Below are positions 1 to 9,149 of a stretch of 54,646 nt of DNA, piece by piece. The first letter of the stretch is position 1, and every line of letters starts with the position of its first letter. The notes under the pieces are model-generated. The model made no database searches. It was given only the letters and a program-made list of their open reading frames with translations, and had not been told where the DNA came from. The translations under genes were made by a program, and so were the position numbers. The stretch lies in the IMG/VR virus record IMGVR_UViG_3300042312_000318, positions 1-54,646 of that record; one strand, 5' to 3'. This DNA is from a virus (Duplodnaviria > Caudoviricetes).

Positions 1-126
1 GGTCTTCTCAGCCAGCGGCCGGGGCCGGTCGAAAATCGTGCGGCATGGGATCGACCAATCAATGCAGTCGGCGGCGGACACAGCCGGCAGCAGGCCAACT
101 TGACGATTTGCGCAAGTTGCCGATTT
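1..126. repeat. Terminal direct repeat, identical to 54518-54643 (circular assembly overlap)
   Basis: Bases 1-126 match 54518-54643 exactly. Confidence 0.95.
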
Positions 127-225
127 GTCGAAAATCGTGCGGCATGGGATCGACCAATCAATGCAGTCGGCGGCGGACACAGCCGGCAGCAGGCCAACTT
201 GACGATTTGCGCAAGTTGCCGATTT
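28..225. repeat. 99-bp tandem duplication (28-126 and 127-225), probably an assembly artefact
   Basis: Exact in-frame duplicate at the contig edge; the copy at the other end continues with 'tcg' as the second copy does. Confidence 0.85.
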
Positions 226-978
226 TCGGCCATGCGTTGGCGCCGGCCACACGATGGGCGCGCCATCGCGGCGCGCGATCATGAACAGGCGTTCGCGCGT
301 GGTGCCCGCGCCGTAATCGCTGGCGACCAACCGCCGCCATTCGACGGCGTAGCCCATGCCGCTCAGCGCAGCGACGAAGGCGCGCCAAGTGCGGCCGGCG
401 TGGCGCTTGTCGGGAATCAGCCATTGCTGGCGCACCGGGACGCGCTCACCGCGCGCGGCAACCGTCCAACCGCCGGCGCCATCGCGGCGCAGCACGCGCC
501 CGGTCGCTGGGTCGCGCTTCGCGATCAGAGGCCCCCAGTGGAGGATTTGGCGGACGTTCTCAAGGCTGATGATCCGCGGCGCGCGGCCGGCGCGGTGCAG
601 GCTGCCGGCCCACTTGAGCACGACCCACGACAGCGAGCGTGTGGCGCGGTCGCGTGGCTGGCCGCCCTTCGCTTGGCTGAAATGGGTGCAATCGGGCGAG
701 GCATGCAGCCAACCCACCGGGCGACCTGCGACCTCAGCCACGGGGTCGGCATGCCACACGTCCTCGCAGTGATGGCGCGTGTAGGGGTGGTTGGCCGCGT
801 GCATGCCGATCGCGTCGGCGTCGTGATTGATCGCGATGTCAGGATCACGCCCGAGTGCTTGGCGAAGCGCCTCGGACGCGCCGCCCCCGCCAGCGAACAA
901 ATCGACAACGATCTCGCCCGGGCGTAAGCGGCTGGTGCCCGTCATGGGCATGTGAAATGCGTTTTGTGCTGCTGTCAT
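127..978 (-). CDS. C5 cytosine DNA methyltransferase, N-terminal part (continues across the circular junction into 54544-53411)
   Basis: Manual translation from ATG 978: DLFAGGGG (motif I), AINHD, ASPDC (catalytic Cys, motif IV), LENV (motif VI); ATGA overlap with the upstream ORF; absent from the ORF track because it runs off the edge. Confidence 0.9.
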
Positions 979-1223
979 GGATTGTTCTCGGTGCCCGGAC
1001 TGCCGCCGGGCTCGGTGGCCGGAGCGTCTGGCGCGGCGTAGATGCCGAGCGCGACGATCGCGGCGATGGCGAGGATGGGATACACCGTTAGGCTCAAGGG
1101 CCACAACCAACTGATCGCGGTCAGGTCGAACGCGACCAGCGCGCCGATGGTCAAGCCGGCGTGTATCGCCGGCTGGATCGTGTGCACGAGGGCGCGCGCG
1201 GTGAGCTTGGCGGCTTGTTTCAC
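975..1223 (-). CDS. Small membrane protein
   Basis: Two hydrophobic stretches; coupled to the methyltransferase start. Confidence 0.55.
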   Translation of the reverse strand: MKQAAKLTARALVHTIQPAIHAGLTIGALVAFDLTAISWLWPLSLTVYPILAIAAIVALGIYAAPDAPATEPGGSPGTENNP

Positions 1224-1364
1224 GACGCGGCCCTCAATGCGAAGTACAGCGGCGAGGAAGCGACCAGCACCGCGCCGATAATCGAGCCGATGCCGAAACG
1301 GTGCCGGCGGCGGCGGTAGTGTCCTGGATATGCATGCGGATGATGTCGGGATGGAGGCGCACGG

Positions 1365-1556
1365 TCAGCCCCCCCCTGCCCACGAGCCCGGCCCCGGTGA
1401 CGGTGTGAGCCGCACCGTGCGCACGAACCTCGGGGCGCCGTCTAAACCGCGGCTTTCGTGCTGCATCAGATTGATTTCGCTGATAACCATTTTCTGATCG
1501 CGCTCGACCTGACTCAATATCGCTTGGATGCGGGTCTGTGCCTCGGCGATGGTCAT
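1365..1556 (-). CDS. Hypothetical protein
   Basis: ATGA overlap with the upstream ORF within the leftward operon. Confidence 0.5.
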   Translation of the reverse strand: MTIAEAQTRIQAILSQVERDQKMVISEINLMQHESRGLDGAPRFVRTVRLTPSPGPGSWAGGG

Positions 1557-1909
1557 GCCCATGGCAGTTCTCCACGCCCTTCGCGCACTCGGTTCGCGAG
1601 GTCTTCGCTTACCACAAAGATCGCAGCGAACAGCGCCCAAGCAATCGCGGAAGCAAAGGCGCCATGCCAAGCCAAAAACAGCACGACAGCGATACGCCAC
1701 ACGTTGCCGCCGTGCTCCTCAATGGCCGAGGCCGGGTCGCGGTTTGCGCGATCCATGACGGCGCCCTTGGTCAGCATCAAGGGGCTAAGGACCGCGCCAA
1801 ACCACACGAAAAACAGCGCGATGTTGCGTGCCCCGCCCACGTCATGGACGAAGCCAAACCAGAGCAGCGAGGCAAAAATGGCACGGGACACCCAATTGAT
1901 CGCGTGCAT
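1553..1909 (-). CDS. Hypothetical membrane protein
   Basis: Several hydrophobic segments; tight operon packing. Confidence 0.6.
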   Translation of the reverse strand: MHAINWVSRAIFASLLWFGFVHDVGGARNIALFFVWFGAVLSPLMLTKGAVMDRANRDPASAIEEHGGNVWRIAVVLFLAWHGAFASAIAWALFAAIFVVSEDLANRVREGRGELPWA

Positions 1910-1911
1910 GG

Positions 1912-2907
1912 TCAGCCCTCCGCCGTCGAGAACTTGAACGGCCCGGCCAGCGTGCGGAACAACTGGCGCACTTCGCCCGACATCAGCGCGAACCGGGCAT
2001 CTAGTTCGGCGCGGAAGTCGTCGCGGTCGCCGGTGTCGAGCGATTCCAGGGCCGCGTCGAGGAACTTGAGCTTACGCACGACCAAGTCCTCGTCGAAGGT
2101 GAACGATAGGCGGTCGTCCAACGTGTCGCCCAGCGTCAGGCCGAGGCGCGTGCACTGCATGCCGGTTTCAATGTGTTGCCGGATCTCTTCTGCCCCCAAC
2201 TCCAGGCGGTCGAGTTTCACCACGCCGCCGTCGTCGCGCCCATCCTGCAGCGTCGCCGAGTCGTCGAGATACAGTGAGCCAGGGCCGAAGTTGCCCTGGG
2301 GCAGTTCGCCGGTCGTGAGCCATTCGGTCAAAATTGCGCGAGGCGGTGCTTCGGCATTCAGAGGCAGCGCGGGGAACGATCCCAGCGTGTGCCGCAGGTG
2401 AGATACGAACCCCTCGCCCGCCTTGCGACTGCCGGTGTCCACCGCCAGGAAGCATTCCTGCAGGTCGATGTAGCCGGTGATGCGGAACGGTTTGACCAGC
2501 GCGCGCGGCAGCAGGTCGTGCACGATATCGTCGCGCAGCGCCTTGCGGGCACGGCCGCCAAGCTTACGGCCTTCGCGCTGCTCAATCTCGGCGATGCGTT
2601 TCTGCACGGCCGCCTTGACCGCGGATCCGGGCAGTATCTTGTCCTCGCCGCCGAGCGTCAGCAGGATGCAGTCACCGATTTGCTGGAACATGGCATCGGC
2701 ATCGCCGCCGAAGGGCGAGACCCAGCCACGACTCGACAGCTCCATGGAACCGCAGGGCTTGGCTGCCAATTCGGACAGCAGCGCCTGCAAGGAGTACTGA
2801 TCGGGCATCGCCTGCGCGTCGTGACGCGGATCGCGCGCGGCGGCCTCGCGGATGGAATCGGCGGTAGCGGAGGGGAAGCGGAAAAACGTCAGGTTGCGAA
2901 AATACAT
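1912..2907 (-). CDS. rdgC: Recombination-associated protein RdgC
   Basis: MYFRNLTFFRF N-terminus, GWVSPFG, KILP, LLPRA, D.RFALM C-terminus. Confidence 0.92.
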   Translation of the reverse strand: MYFRNLTFFRFPSATADSIREAAARDPRHDAQAMPDQYSLQALLSELAAKPCGSMELSSRGWVSPFGGDADAMFQQIGDCILLTLGGEDKILPGSAVKAAVQKRIAEIEQREGRKLGGRARKALRDDIVHDLLPRALVKPFRITGYIDLQECFLAVDTGSRKAGEGFVSHLRHTLGSFPALPLNAEAPPRAILTEWLTTGELPQGNFGPGSLYLDDSATLQDGRDDGGVVKLDRLELGAEEIRQHIETGMQCTRLGLTLGDTLDDRLSFTFDEDLVVRKLKFLDAALESLDTGDRDDFRAELDARFALMSGEVRQLFRTLAGPFKFSTAEG

Positions 2908-2917
2908 GGTCAGGCCC

Positions 2918-3439
2918 TCAGTGGAATTTAACGCAACCGCCAGCAGCTACCTTTTCGAAAGCATGGCGCCACAGCGCGTATTTCTCGCGGAATCGAGCGT
3001 CAGGATGTGCGTCGGCCTTCGCTTGATGATCGGCAAAGTCGGCCGCGAGTTTCGCTGACACTGCAGCGCCGATGGTGCCCTCGCAATCGCTGAAATTGAT
3101 CAGCTCCGCGAAGGGGCCTGTCGTGCCGTTCCAGCATGAAACGCAGTGGCTTTCCCAGGGGCCTCCGTATTGCTCGTACTGGGCTTTCGGATAGCCTGCA
3201 AGCTCTGCGAGTTGGTCACGCCATACGTTGTAGCCGCGGTAGCTACCGGCCGCGAATGTACCGCTCTCCTCTGAACAGTAGGCCGCGCGACCCTCAATTT
3301 CGTCGGCGCGACCCGAGAAGTCGCCATTGATGTAAAGCTGGAACCAGTCGTCGTCGTAGCGCAAATCGCCGTGCTCGTCGAATGCTTCGTTGCCGACGGC
3401 CTTGGTCAGGTTGCGGTGCCAGGTGATGTCGAGGCCCAT
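2918..3439 (-). CDS. Hypothetical phage protein
   Basis: Protein-like 173-aa ORF in the operon (GSYRGYN, FSDCEG). Confidence 0.7.
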   Translation of the reverse strand: MGLDITWHRNLTKAVGNEAFDEHGDLRYDDDWFQLYINGDFSGRADEIEGRAAYCSEESGTFAAGSYRGYNVWRDQLAELAGYPKAQYEQYGGPWESHCVSCWNGTTGPFAELINFSDCEGTIGAAVSAKLAADFADHQAKADAHPDARFREKYALWRHAFEKVAAGGCVKFH

Positions 3440-3442
3440 AGC

Positions 3443-4102
3443 TCAGCCTTCCCCGGTCATCGTGGCCAGTGCCGGCGCCGTGAAAGCTTCGGCCGGAATG
3501 ATGCTGGTGATTGATGGCGGCGCGCCTTCGCGCAGCGGCATCACGCCGCCGAATATCCGGTCGCCGATCGTGAACATGCCGATGCCGGCCGCCTGATCGC
3601 GACCGCCCTTGTCGCGCCTAGTCCAGAACCGGACGTATTCGTACCGCCCCACTTCGTCGATCAGCTTGAGGTCGCAAAGCGCGAACGGCGACGCAATGCC
3701 GGGCTCGTACTGCTCGGCGCTGCCGAACACTTTCTGGATGTCAGGGAACTTGCCGTCGATCTGGCTTTCGGGAACTATGAAAGTCACCTCGTCGCCGACC
3801 TCGGTGAAAATGGCGCCTTCGTCGGTCATGCGGACGGTGCCGTTCTTTTTGAGAGCCGGCTTATTGCGCTTGCTCGTGATCGGAAGGATCACGGTCTGGC
3901 TGGCGAAGCCTTCCGGGTCGCGCACGCAGACGATCGCGTGCCCGTTCGTCGCAACCGCCAACACGCTGCCGGATGCAAGCGGGATCACGGCAATGCCGTT
4001 GAGGTAGGAACGTATATCCTGGTGTGCCGCGAACGGGGCGGCCTTGGTCAGCGCGTCTACGCTGACCTTGAGCGCGTGCGGCCTCTGCATGAGGTGCTGC
4101 AT
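3443..4102 (-). CDS. DNA polymerase III beta-clamp-like protein (short)
   Basis: DIRSYLNG...VATNGH and IDGKFPD resemble the DnaN central domain; AGGAG RBS before ATG 4102. Confidence 0.65.
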   Translation of the reverse strand: MQHLMQRPHALKVSVDALTKAAPFAAHQDIRSYLNGIAVIPLASGSVLAVATNGHAIVCVRDPEGFASQTVILPITSKRNKPALKKNGTVRMTDEGAIFTEVGDEVTFIVPESQIDGKFPDIQKVFGSAEQYEPGIASPFALCDLKLIDEVGRYEYVRFWTRRDKGGRDQAAGIGMFTIGDRIFGGVMPLREGAPPSITSIIPAEAFTAPALATMTGEG

Positions 4103-4230
4103 TTTTTGGTCTCCTGGTGGGGCCGCGAACGGGCCTCGGGTGGGATTGGTGCCGGGCTTGTGCAGACGACGGCCCGGCGCGCCGTGTGGAGACCCCTGCA
4201 CTGGGGCGCGGAACGTGCTGCGGTCAAGCC

Positions 4231-4746
4231 CTAAAACGGAATGTCGTCATCCGAGAAGTCGTCCATCGGCGGCGGCGCCGATTGCTGGCCACCGCTACGC
4301 TGGGCGCGGCCTTGGGTGCCGTAGCCCTGCTGCGGCGGCGCCTGCCGCTGCTGCCGGCCGCCGCCCTCGTCACGCAGCGCGCGCTGCTGACGTTCGCCGC
4401 CACCCTCGCCGCCGCGGCTGGCGAGCATCTGCATCTCGTCGGCCAGTATGTCGGTGGTGTAGCGCTCGATGCCCTCGCGGTCGGTGTACTTGTCGTAGCG
4501 CAGCGAGCCCTCGACGTAGACCTGCGAGCCCTTCCGCAGGTACTCGCCGGCGATCTCGCCGAGCCTCCCGAACATCTTGACGCGGTGCCACTCGGTGCGT
4601 TCTTGGGTGTTACCGTCGCAATCCTTTCGAACGCTGGTAGTGGCGAGGCTGATCGTGGTGATGGCCATGCCGCCTTGAGTGTACTTCGTTTCAGGGTCGT
4701 TACCGAGGTTGCCGACCAGAATCACCTTGTTTACGCCGCGGGCCAT
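4231..4746 (-). CDS. ssb: Single-stranded DNA-binding protein
   Basis: MARGVNKVILVGNLG, TEWHRV, YLRKGSQVYVEG, DDDIPF tail. Confidence 0.97.
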   Translation of the reverse strand: MARGVNKVILVGNLGNDPETKYTQGGMAITTISLATTSVRKDCDGNTQERTEWHRVKMFGRLGEIAGEYLRKGSQVYVEGSLRYDKYTDREGIERYTTDILADEMQMLASRGGEGGGERQQRALRDEGGGRQQRQAPPQQGYGTQGRAQRSGGQQSAPPPMDDFSDDDIPF

Positions 4747-4748
4747 GG

Positions 4749-6470
4749 TCAAGCCTCCACCTTGGCCGACGCGTCGCGCAGGACACGGGTCAGCGAATTG
4801 AAGATGTGCGGCAGGTCAACCCCCGCGTACAGCTTGGCCGAACGCTGGTTGCCCACCGGATTGATGCCGATGGATGCCAGACCCTCGGCGGTGACGGAGA
4901 GCGGGGCGATCAGCGTATTGATCTCGCCGAGCCTGATCGTGGCGCCGTCGGTGCAAGGCAGTTGTGCCTTGTCGCCGCCTGCCGCGACGGGAGAACCGGG
5001 TCTGCTCCAAGGGTCTGACGAGTAGACATCGCCATACGCCAGATCCATTGGATCGCGTGAAACTGTATTCCCGGGTTTCGCTTGTTCGCGAATTTGCTCC
5101 ATTTCCGCGTCCGCGGCGGCCTTGGCTTCCGCTTGGCGCTGCAGACGTTCGCGCTCCTCGTTCACCCGGGTCGCCGCGAGGTTGCGCAGATCATCCGGCG
5201 CCTTGGTTGCACAGAGCTGGACGCGATCCGCGAAAAGGTGCGCGTAGTCTTCGAACTCGGCGAGCACGGCGATGTTTCCCCGCACGCGCTCGGCCTGCTG
5301 GCTTGCCGTGATCTTGGCGTTCGCCGCGGCGGCATCGGCAGCATCGGTGATGCTTGACAGGGTCTTGCGGCCCTTGATCGCGGCGCCGATCTCGGCGGTG
5401 AGCGATGCGGGGATGCCGATGGCGTGCTCGCCGAGCGTGGCATTGATTGCTCCGATGTGAGCGATCACCGAATTGCGCGCGCGCTCGACAATCTCGGCGC
5501 GAATGGTTTCCTTTCGGGCCTTTACCAGCCTTTCGAGCTCCAGGCGCTTTGCGCGCGCCTCGTCCTTGATCTCGTCGATCGCGCGGAAAAGGGCTTCGAT
5601 GCTTTCGGTCTGCGCGAGCGCGGCGGACTTGGCGAGGTCCAGCTTGTCCTCAATCTCGCCGCACCACTTCACCGTCTGCTCGGCGTCGGCGAAATCCTGG
5701 TCGGTTTTGAGTTCGCTTCGGATGCCGCGGAATATCTTGACCGCGCGCTCTTTGAAATCCGTCAGGTTCGATTCGGTCACCATGCCGGTGAATTGGATGC
5801 GCAGCGCGGGCAGCGATTCCGGCGCACGACCGACTGCGACCGACGCCGTTACAGCCGCAGTAGGGTCGGGCTTGTAGGCTTCCAAGTCGGCGGCGAACTG
5901 CTCCCATCCGGCGATGATGCGCGCGCGCAGGTCGGGGTCGGGGTAGTACCAGCCCCAGTAGCGTTCGACCTCCTCCCCGGCCTGCTTCGATGCCATGAAC
6001 AGCACGCGCTCGGCGCCAGACACCATGCACTGATGCTCCATCTGTGCCCGATAGGAGATGTGCAGAAAATCCATGGCGATCTTCTCCACCCCATTCGGTT
6101 CCGTGAACACGGCAGAGCGGATAGTATCGTTCAGCGTCTTGTGCTCGAACGCGGTGTCGTAGAGCATCGTCAGGCCGTCGAAGCTGGCAGAATACCGGCC
6201 TTCGACGCCGACGCACGGATACAGGTCTTCGCCGATCGATTGCTCGGCGATGGGGCGCGCCAGCGCTTCCAGCCGGTGGCCTTCGTCAAACCGCCGCTGC
6301 GTGGTCGCATCGACTTCCTTGGCCACGCCGGTGGCGTGCTCGCGCAGCAACTCGGCACGCGACTTGTAGGGTGAAACGCCAAGCATCGCCGGCGCATCGG
6401 AAGCGTTGAAATGGGCCGCGCGGTGCGCGTGCCATTCGGGGGTGCCCTGGGTGAGGCTCACGATCTTCAT
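4749..6470 (-). CDS. YqaJ/lambda-exonuclease-family nuclease with coiled-coil C-terminus
   Basis: QGTPEWH..R...ASDA..LGVSPYK, GHRLE, ASFDG, EHK motifs. Confidence 0.88.
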   Translation of the reverse strand: MKIVSLTQGTPEWHAHRAAHFNASDAPAMLGVSPYKSRAELLREHATGVAKEVDATTQRRFDEGHRLEALARPIAEQSIGEDLYPCVGVEGRYSASFDGLTMLYDTAFEHKTLNDTIRSAVFTEPNGVEKIAMDFLHISYRAQMEHQCMVSGAERVLFMASKQAGEEVERYWGWYYPDPDLRARIIAGWEQFAADLEAYKPDPTAAVTASVAVGRAPESLPALRIQFTGMVTESNLTDFKERAVKIFRGIRSELKTDQDFADAEQTVKWCGEIEDKLDLAKSAALAQTESIEALFRAIDEIKDEARAKRLELERLVKARKETIRAEIVERARNSVIAHIGAINATLGEHAIGIPASLTAEIGAAIKGRKTLSSITDAADAAAANAKITASQQAERVRGNIAVLAEFEDYAHLFADRVQLCATKAPDDLRNLAATRVNEERERLQRQAEAKAAADAEMEQIREQAKPGNTVSRDPMDLAYGDVYSSDPWSRPGSPVAAGGDKAQLPCTDGATIRLGEINTLIAPLSVTAEGLASIGINPVGNQRSAKLYAGVDLPHIFNSLTRVLRDASAKVEA

Positions 6471-7243
6471 GCCGCGCTCTCCCCGGTGGCGGGCTTGGCA
6501 TTGCCAGCGGCTCGGATCTTCTTGCGCTGGTCGTCGCTTAGCTGGCCCTTCGTCTCGGCCAGCGCGATGATGTCGTCGGCGGTGCGCTTGCCGTCCGCGA
6601 TGACCTTCTGCCACTTCGGCAGGTTAGCTTCGAAGTCGGCCTCAGGGTATGCCGGGCGCGAATCGGTCACCGGAGTAGCGACCACGTCAATGACATCGGA
6701 CTCAATTTCGTCTGGGGTGTATACACCCAGCAGCGCCTCGGGCGCGTAGCGGCGCGCCCATTGGCGCGTTCCTCGGTATACAAGCATGTCCTCGGGCATC
6801 TTGTCCCATGCGTTGTCGATTCGGTTGCCCTGCTTGTCCTTCCCGTAGGTGCGCCAATCCTTGACCGAGCCGGTGACGGTTTGGGGGCCTTTGCCGCCCT
6901 TCGGCGTGCCGGTGACTGTTATGCTGGCGTTCTGGCCGCTGCCCTGGATGTCGTAGTGCAGGCGGCCGTCGAGGGCGCCCATGGCGTACAGCGCAGCGGC
7001 GACGAGCTTACCCTCGTAACATAGCTTGCCGTGCACGACGCTGGTGCTCTGGGCGACACTCACCGCGTCCATGCCCCAACGCTGGGCCTGCATCACGATG
7101 AGCAGGCAGTCGCCGGGCTTGCCTCGCAGATGGTCGGGGATGAGGTTGGCGGCCGACATGACGTTGGCCAGTTCCAGAGCCTCGCTGATGTTGCGCGGCA
7201 CGAGCGCGTTGGCGCTCTGCTGCGCGGTCACAAGCTGGTTCAT
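6467..7243 (-). CDS. RecT-like single-strand annealing protein
   Basis: IPDHLRGKPGDC...QAQRWGM...VVHGK, YAPEALLGVYTPDE; coupled to the exonuclease. Confidence 0.75.
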   Translation of the reverse strand: MNQLVTAQQSANALVPRNISEALELANVMSAANLIPDHLRGKPGDCLLIVMQAQRWGMDAVSVAQSTSVVHGKLCYEGKLVAAALYAMGALDGRLHYDIQGSGQNASITVTGTPKGGKGPQTVTGSVKDWRTYGKDKQGNRIDNAWDKMPEDMLVYRGTRQWARRYAPEALLGVYTPDEIESDVIDVVATPVTDSRPAYPEADFEANLPKWQKVIADGKRTADDIIALAETKGQLSDDQRKKIRAAGNAKPATGESAA

Positions 7244-7285
7244 TTGCATCTCCGCATGCCGAGGCACCATGCCCCGGGACGGATT

Positions 7286-7315
7286 TATACTACCGCCGGT
7301 AGAAAAGAAATGCAA
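7286..7315 (-). promoter_or_regulatory. Leftward early promoter (TTGCAT-17-TAGTAT) containing operator CTACCGCCGGTAG (7290-7302)
   Basis: Sigma70-like spacing; palindrome shared with four other promoters. Confidence 0.7.
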
Positions 7316-7370
7316 GCGGGTAGCACCCCGGGATTTAGGGGCTACCAGACGAACGGTCAGATGCTGCCGG

Positions 7371-7517
7371 CTATTCCGAGATCAGGGCGACGAAAGCCGC
7401 CAGCCCGAGGCCGGCGGCGACGCCGATCAGGAACAGCCTAAATCGTAGAGGGATTCGCCTCGATTCTTCGGCCACGAGCTCGGCCGCGCGCCGACGTAGC
7501 GCGTCTTCTTTCGACAT
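7371..7517 (-). CDS. 48-aa single-TM protein downstream of the repressor
   Basis: Manual translation MSKEDALRRRAAELVAEESRRIPLRFRLFLIGVAAGLGLAAFVALISE. Confidence 0.55.
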   Translation of the reverse strand: MSKEDALRRRAAELVAEESRRIPLRFRLFLIGVAAGLGLAAFVALISE

Positions 7518-7523
7518 TCTTGC

Positions 7524-7979
7524 TCACCTGTTCAGGGCTTTTAGGGTGGCCGCCACACTGGCCGCAGACGGCAAACTTCCGTCGCGCGCCTCCAGGTATA
7601 GGCCGGAAACCAGGTGTGCAAGGCTCTCGTTGCTCAGAGCTACCCCGGAGGTGCGTTGCGCGTCCGTGACGGCTTTGATACACGATTCAAGCAAAACAAC
7701 GTCCACGTCGCTTTTTGCGTCCATGCCGCCCTCGCCGTAGGCGAGCCATGCCGGGGAAACCCTGAGCCAGCGCGCAAGCAGCCGGATCGCCTCGGGCTTC
7801 GACGTCGCGAGCCCCTTGGCATAGCGGCGAGCCATTTCGTAACTGGCGTCGATCGCCGCGGCCAGGGCGACGACATCCACGCCCGACCGGCTGCGGCCCG
7901 AGGTCAGGCCGCGCGCGTGGGCGGCTTTCTGGAGTCGCTGCGCGAACTCCTCGGCCGAAACATCCCTGTTTATCCGCAT
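7524..7979 (-). CDS. CI-like Xre-family HTH repressor
   Basis: FAQRL...LA.....YEMARRY..G.......LA.WL.VSPAWLAYGEG; divergent from a Cro-like gene. Confidence 0.8.
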   Translation of the reverse strand: MRINRDVSAEEFAQRLQKAAHARGLTSGRSRSGVDVVALAAAIDASYEMARRYAKGLATSKPEAIRLLARWLRVSPAWLAYGEGGMDAKSDVDVVLLESCIKAVTDAQRTSGVALSNESLAHLVSGLYLEARDGSLPSAASVAATLKALNR

Positions 7980-8015
7980 CGGGCGGATGGTAGTTGAAAT
8001 TCCGGCGCCGGTCAT

Positions 8016-8028
8016 CTACCATCGGTAG
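8016..8028. promoter_or_regulatory. Operator CTACCATCGGTAG in the cI/cro intergenic region
   Basis: Perfect 5-3-5 palindrome. Confidence 0.75.
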
Positions 8029-8056
8029 CACTTCCACGCTACAAGGTAGGATTGCA

Positions 8057-8350
8057 ATGCCCCCGAAGATGCACATTCCCGCCGACGATAAACGCAGTCG
8101 GCTGATCCGCGCCGCGATCACGGCCATGGGCGGGATCACGAATGCGGCCAAGGCCCTCGGCTATAATACCGGCGAGCGCGTCCGGCACTTTTACGCCCCT
8201 GGTCTCCCGGTTCCCGCCGAGAAATGCCGCGACTTTGTCCGATTGTCGCACGGCATCGTCGATCTGCGCACCATCCGCCCGGACCTCTACGGCGACCTGA
8301 CGGCTCAGGAGCTGGGCTACGAAGTGCGCGCCGATCAGAGCGCGGCATGA
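8057..8350 (+). CDS. Cro/YdaS-like HTH regulator
   Basis: AITAMGGITNAAKALG HTH and IRPDLYG motif. Confidence 0.8.
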   Translation: MPPKMHIPADDKRSRLIRAAITAMGGITNAAKALGYNTGERVRHFYAPGLPVPAEKCRDFVRLSHGIVDLRTIRPDLYGDLTAQELGYEVRADQSAA

Positions 8351-8378
8351 TCGGGATACGCAAGCCCGGGAGGGCTCG

Positions 8379-9149
8379 ATGGGTCGGTTCTCAATAATCC
8401 CAGCATCAGCCGTCACCGACGAGCGTCTGAGCCTGCGCGACCTTTCGGTGCTGGCCGCGATAGGCCTGCACACTGACCGCGACGGATGGTGCTATCCGAC
8501 GCTCGGGCGCATCGGCGAGTTGCTGGGCGTCACGAGGCAGGCGGTGCAGAAGTCGATGCGCGTGCTCTGCGACTGCGGCTACATCGAGACGCGCGAGCGT
8601 CGCCGAGATGACGGCGGGCAGGCATCGAACCGCATGCGCGTGCTGTACGACACGGAGCATCCCGCGTCCGTGCTGCGCGCTATCGCATCGCCCACCCCTG
8701 CAACTCCTGAGGTTGCACCCCCTGCAACTCCTGAGGTTGCACCCCCTGCAACTCCTGAGGTTGCACATAACGTCCCATCTAACGATATCAACCCTAAGGG
8801 GTTGAACAAGGGCGCGCGCGCAACGTCTGCGCAGATGTTTGAACTGCCCGAATGGGTGCCCGCCGACCTGTGGGCATCATGGCTCGACGTGCGGAAAAAG
8901 ATACGCGCACCGAACACGCAGGACGCTATGCGTTTCAACGTGCGCGCGCTTGAGAAGTTGCGCGCCAATGGACAAGACCCGGCCGCCGTGCTTGAGCAGT
9001 CAATCGCACGCGGCTGGCGCGGCCTATTCCCCGTGAAACCTGAGACCCCTTCACATGAAACAAATCACCCCTCGGGCCGCCGCGAGAGCGTTGCGGAACG
9101 CGCGGAGCGAATCAACCGTGAGCACGACGCCCGCGAAGGCCTCTTCTGA
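8379..9149 (+). CDS. Replication initiator (lambda O-like, N-terminal wHTH)
   Basis: GWCYPT..I...LG..RQ.V....L...GYI; internal iterons; SIARGWRGLF. Confidence 0.8.
   Translation: MGRFSIIPASAVTDERLSLRDLSVLAAIGLHTDRDGWCYPTLGRIGELLGVTRQAVQKSMRVLCDCGYIETRERRRDDGGQASNRMRVLYDTEHPASVLRAIASPTPATPEVAPPATPEVAPPATPEVAHNVPSNDINPKGLNKGARATSAQMFELPEWVPADLWASWLDVRKKIRAPNTQDAMRFNVRALEKLRANGQDPAAVLEQSIARGWRGLFPVKPETPSHETNHPSGRRESVAERAERINREHDAREGLF
8695..8766. repeat. Three tandem 24-bp iterons (putative origin)
   Basis: (CCCCTGCAACTCCTGAGGTTGCAC)x3, each containing TGCAAC-N7-GTTGCA. Confidence 0.85.

Noticed and set aside
28-225. 99-bp tandem repeat as a biological repeat or CRISPR
   Set aside because: No spacers; it lies at the contig edge within the circular overlap and has a k-mer-like length
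100-927. Long + strand ORF (similarly 5424-6374, 51629-52804, 32002-33282, 36067-37026)
   Set aside because: Shadow frames antisense to motif-supported genes, expected in GC-rich DNA
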